A stretch of DNA of 64,000 nt from the human T2T-CHM13v2.0 reference genome, Homo sapiens. Below the pieces are notes generated by a model. The model did not search any database and was not told where the DNA came from. It saw only the letters and a program-made list of their open reading frames with translations. The DNA is taken from contig CP068257.2 of NCBI GenBank assembly GCA_009914755.4, forward strand, positions 32,352,001-32,416,000. Direction: 5' to 3'. Position numbers and translations under genes: made by a program. Every line of letters starts with the position of its first letter. Position 1 is the first letter of the stretch. Positions 1-15,544 of the stretch are shown piece by piece.

Positions 1-738
1 GGAATTTAATCAACTAGCGGGACCTTTCCAACTTACATTTCCCAGTGTTTGTTGGATGATACGTTTGCCTAATAAGTTAAAGCTTCCAAAAATAGAAAGT
101 AAAGCTTGGTGACACTAAGCTCTGGCATGCTGTCATCTTCTGGCTAGGGGTCTTGTGCTTCTGTTTTTCTATTTCTGACCAAAGACATAAAATGTGTTGT
201 GACCTCTCAGGTAATGCTGTGGTATCATGTCCAAGCAGTAACTAACCAGAGTGGAGTTTTTACAGGTAAAAAAGTATTGAATAGCTCAGCAACAGGGAGG
301 ACTTAATGATAAATTGCTTTTTCAGAAAATGACAAGGGGACAGACACTTGCGGTTCTTCCATTGAGAGCCTTAAGGAAGTTAAGCGAAGCCTCTGCTCAC
401 CCCTTCAAGTAACGATGACCCATCAGATCGTGGTCATAACCAGTAGCATCTGAGGCACCCCTAAGCTCTCTGGGCCCCAGATTCCTTGTTAAGTTAAATG
501 AGGTGACTTCCCAGTTTACCATTCTAGGGGTTCCTGAGGAGTTAAAAATGAAGGAGAAAATGCAACATGTACCAAGTGAGCAAGAGCTCAAGGCTTATCT
601 CTGGCACGAAAGTGACCGCTGTCCGTTAGAGATGTGATTGCCCTAGATTTCCTTTAGGAAATGCAAACATTGAACTCTGGCCTTCAGGACCCAAGTCCCG
701 GCTTGCATCTATTCTATACACTTTCTGTTATTTGTTAG

Positions 739-1069
<331 letters not shown>

Positions 1070-1322
1070 CATTTGTTTTCTTTCAAACCCTTCTGTAAGA
1101 CCAGTGCTTTAGGTGAACACGTGGACAGAACAAGATCATCACTATTTTGCAATATGAAGACCAACTGCGCTGTGACCAGAAAAACAGAGGCAAAATGTTG
1201 AGCTTAATGATACCTTTTTATAATTTGTATTTGGTGTTTCTCAATTTTCCATTGGATAGTTTGAGAGATAAGTACAAGTCAATGACATGTTCTCTTTCGT
1301 ACCCTATTGTCTAATCCTGCTA

Positions 1323-1344
1323 ACACACACACACACACACACAC
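1323..1344. repeat. (CA)n microsatellite
   Basis: Perfect 'acacacacacacacacacacac' run. Confidence 0.9.
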
Positions 1345-1547
1345 TGATTACCTAATTTATCTGTTCCCCGATTATTACACTCTCAATTGCTGCAGAGTCT
1401 CAGAAGCAGCATGGTGTAACAGAAAGAATATGAGGCTTAGAATCCAAAAGCCAGAGTGTGAATTCCAGCTCCACTGACTTGCTGCGTGACTTGAAGCAAG
1501 TCATTACGTGTCTCTGTTTACTCATTTTATGACTTTCCTATTGCCTC

Positions 1548-2384
<837 letters not shown>

Positions 2385-2624
2385 TAAAATTTGTGAAGAG
2401 GCACATAATGAAAGCCCATACATGTCACTGAGTTCAGAGGAGGGTGGGTCTGACCTCCCATTGGCTGGTCTCTGCCTGATGGACATCGTGAAGAAGAGAG
2501 CCAGGACTAGTGTGGCTGGGGGATGTTCAGGGGCCAGAGTGGCTTCAGGTGCCAGCAGCCCTGGCCGAAGGATGACTCCAGGAGCAAGGCTCAGAGCCGA
2601 GTGGAAGAAGCTTCATAAACGCAA

Positions 2625-2785
2625 CTGAGCCAAGCATGATGGGATGTGCCTGTGGTTCCAGCTACTCAGGAGGCAGGTGGGAGGATGGCTTGAGTCAGAA
2701 GTTCGAGGCTGCAGTGAGCTATGATCACACTACTGTACTCCAGCCTGGGTGACAGAATGACACCCTGTCTCTAAAAAGAAAAGGC
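2625..2785 (+). mobile_element. Partial Alu (right monomer)
   Basis: 'gcctgtggttccagctactcaggaggc...gcagtgagctatgatcacac.actgtactccagcctgggtgacagaatgacaccctgtctctaaaaag'. Confidence 0.8.
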
Positions 2786-3852
2786 ACCTGGATGCTCATG
2801 ACCGAGATGGGGTGGGGTGGGTGGGGTGGGACAGCCGCACTTTATAACTTTGCTTTCAGCATGATGTGGATTAGTGTCTCCCATGTGGGAAAATTATGTT
2901 TACCACTTAGAGAGCTGATAGTGCTTGCTTACCCCATAACGCTGGACGGTGGCAGGCTTAACTCCCCCATCAAGGGCCTTAATGTATTTGGGGCCCTAGT
3001 CCTAGCAACAGCAGCAAATCTCCTTTTTCTTTTCCTCGAGCTGGTTGTTCACCAGGCAGTTGGGATGTTAATGGGAAGAGAAGACACACACAAGTCCCTT
3101 GTTTTCAATAAGGCAGTCTGGTCACGTCCTTAGCAGGTTATTAATCTTTTTCAAACCCCTCCTCTCCACCAAGTTTTATGATCCTGGGAAGGAGATTCCT
3201 ACCTAGCATCCTTAGAGTTATCGGGGGTTAGGATCGGTGCATGCAGTCACTTCCGTGGAATCATCAGTAGCCCTCCAGCCTCTGGGGGAGAGCTGCCAGT
3301 GGTCAGAGATGTTGGGAATTACGAGGGAGGAGCTAGGGAGAAGGAACTCACAGTCCCTCAGTCTCTGAAGGTGGCTCCTGGCAGGAGAGGGGGCCAGTCC
3401 TAGATAAGAGCTCTCCCAGGGAATTCCAAGGGTCCTCCCAAGGTCCAGCCACAAGATGAGGAATTACTGTTGGGCTCTTCCTCAGATGTGCCTGTGAATT
3501 CATATCACAGATGCTTGATGCATTTGACAATTGTTTAATTGCTTGAGCCCAACTGATACTCTTTCAGTCACTTTAAGGGAGTGATTTCAAGTATGATCAT
3601 TGCCTCAAATCTGTATGGCTTTCCTTGCCTTTCAGGTGCTTTAAGAGGGCTTATGTTCTTTGACTCCCCTAGTAACTCAAAAGGGTGGCTAAGATGCAAC
3701 TCTGGAGGTTTCCAAGCTCTCTGCAAAGCCTGCCTTCAGTAGTCTGTGCACCACAAGAAGCATAACTTTATTATCCTCTAGCTGAATTTACCTCCTGCTT
3801 CGAGCCCCTGTTTTCCCATGTCATTTTAGGGGTCCAATGTTTTTCCTGGAGG

Positions 3853-3855
<3 letters not shown>

Positions 3856-3914
<59 letters not shown>

Positions 3915-3922
3915 CACACACA
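3856..3922. repeat. (CA)n-(TA)n compound microsatellite
   Basis: 'atatatacacacacacaca...cacacatatatatatatacacacac'. Confidence 0.9.
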
Positions 3923-3953
3923 TTCCAGGGGCCTCTGAGGTGCCAAGACATGT

Positions 3954-4430
3954 GTGGGGTCCATCTGGTTCACACTGATGTCCATGATCATTGAGTTCAT
4001 TTTTTATATCAACTATGTGACACTTCCTATAGTTTCCAGTTCCTGGTTAGAATTTGCAAAGTTGCCGACTATTTCTTTGAATAGAGTAGCTAGATCATGG
4101 GTCTACACCAGTCATCAAGCAGCGATTTCCCTGTTGGAAGCTCCAAGCAAATTGTCAGCTCCAGCATTCCACACAGCTGTGGGTGCCACACTCCTTTTCC
4201 TTTTAAAAGATGATGATCTGCTGGTGGTGAATGCTCTTGGAGTTTTATTTGTAGGTTTTTCTTGTTGTCGCAAATGTCTATATTTCATCTTCCCTCTTGA
4301 GGGATATTTTCCATGGGTAGAGGATCTAGGCTTTTCTTTTGGATTCCATTGTGGCTTTAAAAAAAAGTCAGTTGACTGTTTATTTATGGCTTCTCTAAAG
4401 GTGATCTCTTTCTTCCTAAGGCTGCTTTAA
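3954..4430 (-). mobile_element. Probable old L1 fragment (ORF2 5' region, antisense on + strand)
   Basis: Weak similarity to L1 antisense sequence ('tagtttccagttcctggttagaatttg' resembles L1 'gagttcaattcctggatatccttg'). Shares an 80-bp core with 5195-5275. Confidence 0.3.
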
Positions 4431-4437
4431 AAGTTTC

Positions 4438-4610
4438 CGTTCCCTCCCTCCCTTCCTCCCACCCCATCCCCCTTCTTCCTTTCCTTCCTCCCTCCCTTCC
4501 TCCCTTCTCTTCCTCCCTTTCTCCCTTGTCTTCCTCCTTTTCTCCCATCCTCCCTTCCTCCCTCTTTCCTTCTTTTTTCCCTTCCTCCCGCCCTCCTTCC
4601 TTCTTCCATC
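4438..4610. repeat. Polypyrimidine/polypurine low-complexity tract, (TCCC)/(TTCC)-rich
   Basis: About 175 bp composed almost only of c and t on the + strand ('tccctccctcccttcctcccacc...'). Source of the Lys/Arg/Gly/Glu-rich artefact ORFs at 4416-4691. Confidence 0.9.
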
Positions 4611-4631
4611 ATTATATATTAAAATATTTTC

Positions 4632-5001
<370 letters not shown>

Positions 5002-5159
5002 TAGGTTGACTCACTGTGTACTCTATTACCCTCTCATCTGGTTTTTAATCTTTCTGTCTCCTTATACTGTAATCTCAGTGTTTCTTCTGCTTTAATTTTG
5101 GTATATGAATTATTCAGCTGTGTTCAAAGTGTGGTTAAAGCGACTTATATGCTCTTTAA

Positions 5160-5420
5160 TTTTTAGTTATTGTACTTTTCACCTCTAGAAGTTCTTCTGT
5201 GACACTTCTTATAGTTTCCAGTTCCTGGTTAGAATTTGCAAACTTGTTGACTATTTCTTTGAAAAGAGTAGCTAGAATTGTTTTAGTCTGTGTATAGTGA
5301 GTTGAATATCTGAAACCTCTGTGAGTCTGTTTCTTTTGTCTGCTAGCCCTACTCATGGCGTCATGTTTTCCTGGATGTTTAGTTGGTTGTCTTTGAATAT
5401 GTCCAACTCCAGTTATTTCT
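5160..5420 (-). mobile_element. Probable old L1 fragment (second copy of the same ORF2 region)
   Basis: Contains 'gacacttcttatagtttccagttcctggttagaatttgcaaacttgttgactatttctttgaaaagagtagctag', about 92% identical to 4012-4090. Confidence 0.3.
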
Positions 5421-7496
5421 GGGAATACCCAAAGGCACACCTGTTCACTATCACCCAGTGAACTGCCATGTGTTTGTCTCCTGTCATGGTAACATTTGCA
5501 TTCAGGGAGAGGCCTCTGCTCTCTGCAGAACAGTGTGAAATCACCTCATTTTTGCCTTCAATGAAGGTTGTCTCTTGCTGGTCACCACCACTTCCTCAAA
5601 TGACTAATGCCACTCTTGCTCACAGTGCTAAGGCGCTAAGGAGTTTTCAGAGGGCTAGAGTGATTCTGCATCCTCTGGGGTTCTCAGGAAACGAGGCCAC
5701 AGGGCCATCTGTGCATGAGTGACAGTGGGGTGGGGTGGATGAGCAGTGGCAGTGGTGGGCACCTATGCTGCTGGCGCCACAGCTTTTTATATCTTGGTGA
5801 AAACAACGCCTTGCGTTTTCACTTGTAGATTCTCCGGCTACATTCCACAAGAACAAATTCTGGTCACAGAGGCCAGAGTAGACTATCAGTGTAATGGCCC
5901 TTCCCCTTTGATGATAGCAGCTTTTTTCGGGGGAGCAGGGGTGGCCAAACTTCCTAGCCTTATTTTATCTTCCTTTCTAGTTCTCCCCAGAGGCTGCTGG
6001 GTTCACCTCTCCCTCTGCCAGACAGACAGGCTCAGACATGCAAGAACGGAAGGGGGTGTGGGGGTTGGTGGGAGGATTAAGTTGGGGAAAGCCAGTCTTG
6101 TCTTTGTAGATTACCAGAACTGACACACGTACACACACGTACACTCACTCACTCATCTATTCATCTATTTTTGGCCTAAGTGCCTTTGGACACTTCTTCG
6201 GAAAAGCACATGAACTCTTTGGAGTCTCCTGTTCCACTTGGTAAATTTCCTATAGCCACGCACTGAAAGTCCCTGCTGCCCTCCTTCCTCTGAGCTTGTG
6301 GGGCCCACAGATCCCCTGCTCCACTTCCTGCTTCATTTCAGCTGATGGTGAGTCCAGGGCAGGCTTGTAGGAAGGGCGGGCTAGGCGTGGGGAACTGCAG
6401 CACCCACCCCACCCCCCGCCCCAGTGCTTGTTGCCCCAGCCTCTGTCTCCCTCGCTGTGCCCTTCCCTTAAGCCCCACTCTTGGCCTCCCCAAAGACAGA
6501 GTTTGTTCTGTTTTTATTGATAGGATGACACTCCCTCGTTCTAATACCATCTGAATGCCTGAGCAATTACATCTTACAACCTCATGAAAAACACAGCAGC
6601 TTGTCACGATGAATGATGTTACCGTGAATAATGCAGTTTTGAGTTCAAACTCCTTCTTATTCCAAGAATGAGTAAATATCCCTATTCCCTCCCCTCCCCA
6701 TTGCATTTGGGTTTGACATGACATGAATCATTGTGGTTTTACTCCTGGGTAGAATTGTTTTTCTGTATTGCATTGCCAATTGATGGAAGGACAAAAAAAG
6801 GAAACTTACCAATGAGCAGTTTCAGATGAACTTAAATTCTCAGAAATCTTGAAGAATGAATGAACTATAACTTTCTGAAGTTGCAAAAATGTTCAAGTCG
6901 GAAGTGACCCATGGGAAGCAACCTGGTCCTTAATTAGGACTGGAAAGAAAACGGAGGCCCAGCGAGGGAACAGTGGCTTCCCCAAGGTCACACTGCAAGT
7001 GAGTGGTGGCACTAGTCACCCAGGAGTCCTCCTGACTCCATGGTATCCTGACCCCAGACCAGCAGCCTTATTTGTGGTTAAAGAACGTGGAAAAACAGCT
7101 TATGTTTGAATTTTAAAATCATGCCAGTACTAAAGATCTGCATTCCATGAATATTGAGCTTTGCTGTGTGCGGGTTGCTACGAATTTTGTAACTATTTTC
7201 TCTAAGAGCTCTCAGTATTTTACATATACAATTCCATTCTTTATTGTCCAGGGAAAAAGTTGCATTTACTGAGCAGTAAGAGGGTGATTTGAAGTCCCTG
7301 GGGTCCCCCACCCTTGTCTTTCTATGTGAGATTGTATTGCAGGGCTCACATTTATTCTCTCAGCAGCTCATTGCACAGACAGTGTATTTATTGAGCACCT
7401 ACTGTGTGCCAGGAGCTATGTGGTAAGCTAAGCAGACAAAAACTCCTGCTCTCACAAGAAGAAAGAATAAACAAGCAGACAATTGCACCTATAATG

Positions 7497-7802
<306 letters not shown>

Positions 7803-8384
7803 CTAATGTCAAGTTAGGAAGTGTGGCAAAAAGGAACAAAGTCAGGGTGACTGCCATTCTAGAAAGGGTGGTGAGGGAAGGTCTCCTTGAGTAGACCCTG
7901 TGGGAGTGGAAGGGTAAGTCACGAGACTCTCTGGAGGAAGAAGATTCCAGGTGGAAATGCCTTAGTGGGTGTTAAACGCTTTAACGGGTGTTAGCCAGAA
8001 AGCCAGAATGGCTGGAGCTGAGGGAGTAGAGGAGGCGGCATAGAAAATGAGGTCAGAGATGGAGGCAGGGCCGGATCACAGAGGGGCACAGAGAACGAGG
8101 AGGGAATTGGATTTTTGGAAAAGATTGTGGCAAAATACAAAATATAAAATACAAAAATAAAATATAAACCATAAAATGTACTACCTTTACCATTTTAAGT
8201 ATGCAGTTCAGTAGTGTTAAATACATTTACATCATTGTTCAACCCGTCTCCAGAACTCTCTGCATCTTGCAAAATTAAAACTCTATGCCATTTCAACAGT
8301 TCGCATTTCCTCTTCCCTCTCGTTCATGGCAACCGCCATTTTTCTTTCTGTCTCTGTAAATGTTAGTACTTGGGGTATCTCATC

Positions 8385-8690
8385 TAAGTGGAATCATACA
8401 GTGTGTGTCCTTTTGTGACAGACTTATTTCACTTTGCATAATGTCCTTAATATTCATCCATGTTGTAGCATGTGTCAGATTTTCCTTCCTTCTTAACATT
8501 GTGTAATATTCCATTGTACGCATAGACTACATTTAGCTTATCTGTTCACCTGTGGATGGACACTTGGGTTGCTATAGTGAATAATATTGCTGTAAATATG
8601 GGTATACGATTATCTCTTTGTGACCCTGCTTTTAATTGTTTTGGATATATACCCAGAAATGGAATTACTGAATCATGTGGAGATTCTGTT
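8385..8690 (-). mobile_element. L1 fragment (3' part of ORF2, old L1M/L1P type)
   Basis: The + strand reads the L1 antisense motif '...tcatccatgttgtagcatgtgtcag...ttccattgtacgcatagactacatttagcttatctgttcacctgtggatggacacttgggttgctatagtgaataatattgctgtaaatatggg...atatacccagaaatggaattactg'. Confidence 0.7.
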
Positions 8691-8715
8691 TTTGATTTAT
8701 TTATTTATTTTTAAT

Positions 8716-9143
8716 TTTTGAGATGGAGTCTCGTTCTGTCACCCAGGCTGGAGTGCAGTGACACGATCTCTGCTCACTGCAACCTCTGCCTCCTTGCACC
8801 ATTAATTCTGAAAATGCAGGCCTGGATCCAACCGCCTTTGGGGACGGGTACCTGCCCACAGGAAGAGGTTGAGGAGACAATAATGTCACGAGAATCATCA
8901 TCTTTGACTGGGAAATGGTGTGCAGAGTTTCTGGTGCCTTCTGAAGTGATTGTCGCATCTCAGCCTCCCTAGTAGCTGGGATTACAGGCATTTGCCACCA
9001 AGCCCGGCTAATTTTTGTATTTTTAGTAGAGACGGGGTTTCATCATGTTGGCCAGGCTGGTCTCAAACTCCTGACCTCAGGTGATCCACCTGCCTCAGCC
9101 TCCCAAAGTGCTGGGATTATAGGTGTGAGCCATGCACCTGGCC
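8716..9143 (-). mobile_element. Alu SINE interrupted by a 166-bp foreign segment
   Basis: Alu right arm runs to 'ctcactgcaacctctgcctcc' (8792). Positions 8793-8958 are non-Alu. Alu resumes at 'ctcagcctccctagtagctgggattacaggc' and runs to 'gtgagccatgcacctggcc'. About 25 bp of Alu ('cgggttcaagcgattctcctgcc') is missing at the junction. Confidence 0.85.
8797..8934. repeat. Unclassified dispersed repeat, copy A (about 140 bp)
   Basis: 'caccattaattctgaaaatgcaggcctgg...tttggggacgggtacctgcccacaggaagaggttgaggagacaataatgtcacgagaatcatcatctttgactgggaaatggtgtgcagagtttctggtg'. About 90% identical to 13811-13948. Confidence 0.6.
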
Positions 9144-9396
9144 TGATTGGTTATTTAAATTCTGAGATGGGGTATACTAATGTTTGAAAACCACAGGGAT
9201 GGGATAGGTATAGGTGGGGAGGGAGAGCAAAAGTGGTATTTAGAATATGTTACGTTTGAAAAACCTAATACACATTCTACATCCAAGTGGACATAGATGG
9301 AGTTATTTGAAGCTCAGAAGACACCTGAGTTGGAGACAGGAATTTGTGGATCATCTGATATATTTAGCATTTATAGCCACAGGGCTGCTGCCTGAC

Positions 9397-10009
<613 letters not shown>

Positions 10010-10604
10010 ACTGCTGCCTGTTTTTGTACTGCTTGGCAAGCTAAGAATGGTTTTCACATATTTGAATATTTGAAAAAAATTTTTCAAGAATACCATTTTG
10101 TGGCACACGAAAATTATATGAAATTCAAGTTTCAATGTCCACAAATAAAGTTTTATAGGAACATAGCATGCTCACTCATTTAGGTATTGTTACGGCTGCT
10201 TCCACACTACAGCAGCAGGGTTCAGAGGTCATGGCAGAGACCACGTGGCCCACAAAGGTGAATGTACTTCCCTTTGTAGAAGCTGTTTGCCAAACTCTTG
10301 GCTAGCAGAGTGAGTCATGAGAGAAGAGAGAAGTGCATGGACTGAGGTCTGTCCAGGGCCTGTCAAGAGCCAGTAACCGTTGCTGTGCGTCAAGGATGCC
10401 AAGATGGTGCCTGCTCCATGAGCAACAAAGCCCAGGGGCCCAGCAAGCCAAGGCTGCTTGCCTCTTCCCCTGGGGCCAGCTGTGCATCTTGTGGATGGCT
10501 GAAGTTGAGCAACCCATAACAGGCTCCTGACCCACTGTGAGATGGTGGCATGTGAAAGGACCAGCATCCAACAGTCTTGCCCTTACTATATTAGTAATTT
10601 CCTG

Positions 10605-11050
10605 GGGCTACAGGAGCTATTTACTACAAACTGAGTGACTTAAAACAATGGAAATGGATTCTCTCGCAGTTCTAGAGGGTATTATTCTTTCAATCAATCA
10701 AGGTGACAGCAGGGCCATGCTCCCAAAGACAGCTCTAGGAAAAGCTCCTGGTTTCTAGCGGCTGCCTGCACTCCTTGGCATTCCTTGGCTTACAGCTGCA
10801 TCATTCCAGTCTCTGCTTCGGTCACCACGTGCCTTCATCCCTGGGTCGCTTCCATGTCTCTATGTCCAAATGTCGCTCTTCTTATAAGGATGTTAGTCAT
10901 TGGATCAGGGCCCACCCTAATCTGGTATGACTTCATATTAATGTGATTGCATTGATAAAGACGCTGTTTCCAAATAAAGCCATCGTCACACGTATGGGGA
11001 CTAGGACTTCAACATATCTTTTTGAGGGACAAAATTCTACTCACTATACT
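10605..11050 (+). mobile_element. ERVL/MaLR-class solo LTR (same family as 1548-2020)
   Basis: 'cttaaaacaatggaaatggattctctcgcagttctagag...caaggtgacagcagggccatgctcc...ttccttggcttacagctgcatcattccagtctctgcttcggtcacc...tcttcttataaggatgttagtcattggatcagggcccaccctaatctggtatgacttcatattaatgtgattgcattgataaagacgctgtttccaaataaagccatcgtcacacgtatggggactaggacttcaacatatctttttgagggacaaaattc'. Confidence 0.55.
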
Positions 11051-12008
11051 TCCACACACATGCAGATTTCACGTGGTTGAATCTAAGAGTATTTGGGTTC
11101 TTGCGATAAAAGGATATGGCCCGGTGACTAATCCTGGGGAAAGAAATAAAAAGAGAAAAAAACCTCTAGTATTGGTGTTAAGACCCTGAGTTTTACTTCA
11201 TTTCCTCACCACTCCCTGCTGCCTGCAGGCAGGCCAGCTGCCTCCCTAGGGGCAGAATTGGAGAAAGAATACGTCTCTCTGATGTAACTACTGCGCTCAG
11301 GCAACCCACTGTGGAGCTTCACAGTGGTTCTCTGCCAAAGATTCTGAGGTTTTTAGCCTGAGATGATAGGTCAAAACCAGGGAGGTGCTCATGGGGGAAA
11401 GCAGCACTGGACAGAGTCTAGATGCTGCTTCCCTCAGGCTGTGATGACCTTCAACTGGCCCTCATCCCCAAGAACCTCAGCTTCTTCCTCTGTATTAAGG
11501 AAATAACCATAGCCCCGTCCGTCTGTCACAATGTAGAAGCGGGGATGAGAAGTGAAAAGTGAGGTCTTGCAAAGGTCTCGCAAGTCCTCTGCAAAGCTAA
11601 GGGGTATTACTGGACAGCGACTTGGATGAGGATGGCCAGACATTGTCCTCCTTCAGGACCAGCTTCTCAGAGCAGAGTCTCCAAACATAATGTCGCTTCC
11701 AGATGACGCAAATCTGATATCAGAGAATGACTAAAAGCTTGAAACTTTGCTTTTAATCTGTTGTGGATCAAGTTTCTTTTCAAATAAATCAAAGTCTGTG
11801 AACTTAGGAAGGAGGAAAATTGCTGGATATCTTTTTTGGCGGAGGGATGGGGGGCCCTCTGCCAATTTAACCATTTCAAAGTGTCCAATTCCATGGTTTT
11901 AAGTATACTCTAGTTCCAGAATTTGCTCATCATCCCAAATAGAATATCTATACTCATTAGCAGCCTCTCCCTGGCTCTTCACCCTTCTCCCGTTCCTGGC
12001 TACCATGA

Positions 12009-12800
<792 letters not shown>

Positions 12801-13810
12801 TTTCTCCCAGATCATGATTTAACACTCATTTTTATTAAATGCAACAACCCCTCCCGCATCTGGCCTGAGTGTCCTGGGCCAGCCAACTGCTTGCTCTCCA
12901 TCGTTCCTGTTTGGTCAGAGGCCCTGGGTGCAGCCAGTGGGTTACGCACTCTGATCCCCTCAGTGACTTCTCCTGGGAGGTCACCAAGGATACTCATTCA
13001 GTCAGGTCTTCCAGAGCCACAGTGTTGATCCTGCAGTGAGGACATGAGTGTGCAGTGACTGGACTCTCTCAGGCAGTCGTGGAAGCAGAGGATTGCTCTG
13101 GCCAGCCTGGGGACAGTTCCCATTGGTTCCTGGACTTGATCTGAATCAACTCCTTCTTCCTCACCATCTCTTGCCTGGTGCTGCTGGCTGAGGCGTTGCA
13201 TCTGTGGGGGCTGTCCACTCCCAGCTCACGTCTTCTGGCAGCTCCTTACTCTATTCTAATGCGCCTAGTGGTACTGCCGATTTTCTCTTTTCCCAGACAC
13301 CTCTCTCCACACTCCTTCTCCCACATTGGCCTGGCCCTCATGGCTCTTTGATCCTCATGGAACATTCTATTGTCTCCTAGGTGAGAAGAAAAGGCATCCC
13401 AGCTTATATTCAGACACATGGCCTTGAACTCGTAATAACTCACACATGTAAGCCACAATAACTTCATTTGCATGCAACCACCTTGAATGAATGGTCTCAG
13501 TAAATGTGTCATTTATTCTCAATATTCTGGAGTGCTGGAAAAAATGGGGAGTCAAAGGATCCCTCAGTCTGCTGGTGTGACCTGGGGCACCCATCCCTGT
13601 TCCCTCTCCTCTTACATGGGATAAAACCCCAGTGGAGCCGTGTCTCTGGATCACTGTGATGGATTAGGTGAGTCTCTACCTGGGCACCCTCTTTCACGTG
13701 GCAGCATTTTTATCGCTGTGACAACCTGGAGTCACCTTGCCATTTACCACAGTTGCCTTGGATGACCAAGTAACCCTCCTGCCCTTCATGGGGGGATGTC
13801 CTTTGAAGAA

Positions 13811-13948
13811 CACCATTCATTCTGGAAGTGCAGGCCTGGCCTGAACCACTTTGGGGACGGGTACCTGTCACAGGAAGAGGTTGAGGAGACTATAATGTCA
13901 GGAGAATCATCATCTTTGACTGGGAGATGGTGTGCAGAGTTTCTGGCG
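13811..13948. repeat. Unclassified dispersed repeat, copy B
   Basis: 'caccattcattctggaagtgcaggcctggcctgaaccactttggggacgggtacctgtcacaggaagaggttgaggagactataatgtcaggagaatcatcatctttgactgggagatggtgtgcagagtttctggcg'. Matches 8797-8934. Confidence 0.6.
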
Positions 13949-14867
13949 TCTGGGGGCATTCCATCTGTGAGGTTTTCAGTTCTTCATGAGCTGTTACAGG
14001 AAACAATGTTTTCGAAAACAAAGTTGTCCCTGGCCCAGGGGCGCCAGGTCATTCCGTGCAAGCAGTCCCCATCAGCTGAGGGAAGGCCCAAAATATGCAA
14101 GTGCATGAGCCAGGCTGGCGTGGCACGTGAGGCTGCATAATTTTCGCCGCCCTTCCCTAGGTGTTCTGCTGAGAGCTGGGCTGTCTGCTTAGAAATCAGC
14201 CTCCAGGCCTGACTTTTGGCCTCTGCCCCGCCTGTGGAGTCGGTGCGGGCTCCAGATTCCAGAGGCGAAGGATACATCCTAGTGCCAGCTCAGATCTGAA
14301 ACAGGCTTGCCCTTCGTTTTCAGGTAACTTCTGTTCTGGTCTCTGAGGCTGTGCTGGAGCACTGGCCGGGATTCCAGGCGGCATTTTGTATTTGGAGACA
14401 GCAATCTGGGGAGGGGCATAAATAGTAGGAGGGGCAGTGTCATCTGTTTTTACCTTTTCTTTTCTTCTTCTTCTCTTCTTCTTTTTTTTTAATGTAGTCT
14501 GGTCTTTCCAACTTTGTTTTCAGCCAATGCAGAAGATGTCTATTTGTGCTGCACGGCCCAGAAGGGAACTGCCAGTTCAGAAAATGTCAGGTCAACTTGA
14601 TGCTCCCGGTTGACATTTGGCACTGGCTTGGGGGAGCAGGAAGGAAGGGGAGGAAAAGGACGTGGAGAAGAACCTAGGAAGGATTCGTACTTTCGTGCTT
14701 TTCTTCTTTTCTCCTCTCCTCCTCTTCCAGTCTGCTCCAGGCTGACGGGAAGGGAAAGGCAAGTAGCTGGGTTTGATGGGGCCCTGCGGGGAATGGGGTG
14801 GAGACGGGGCAGGAGGGGGAGCTGTGTGTCTCAGAACCACTCCTGCTCCTGACCACGCTGCCCCCCA

Positions 14868-15428
14868 ACACACACCACACCACACATACCACACACATAC
14901 CACACACACACCACACCACACACACCACACAACACACCACCCACACCACACCACAAATGACACACCACACAAACCACACCACACACACACAACACACACC
15001 ACACCATACAACACACACACTACACATCCATACCACACTACCCACACATTACACTATGTCACACCACACCCACACATCACACTACACATACACACCACAC
15101 ACACACCACATAACACCACACACACACACCACAACACACCACCCACACCACCCACACCACACGACACACCACACACACCACACCGCACACACACACCACA
15201 CCACCCACACCACACACTACACATACCACACATCATCCACACAACACCACGCACACATACCACACCACACACACACCACCCACACACTTCACACTACACT
15301 ATACCACACCACCCACATACACCACAACACACACACACACCACACACACACACCACACACACATCACACACACCCTCCTCACACCATGTACACACACACC
15401 ACACACCACACCCCACACCTCACACCCT
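14868..15428. repeat. Degenerate (CA)/(CCA)/(CACACCA)n minisatellite, about 560 bp
   Basis: The + strand is almost exclusively c and a: 'caacacacaccacaccacacataccacacacataccacacacacaccacaccacacacacc...'. It produces the His/Thr/Pro-rich (232 aa and 262 aa, + strand) and Cys/Val/Trp-rich (- strand) artefact ORFs. Confidence 0.9.
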
Positions 15429-15544
15429 GCAAGCCTGTGTTCCGAGCTCCTCAGGGAGTGGAGGCCCCTGAGGAACAGCCTGAACCAGCATTTCCCAGGG
15501 TTCGCAGCTCCAGTTCCTTGCCTGGCAAATTCAGTAAATCCCAG

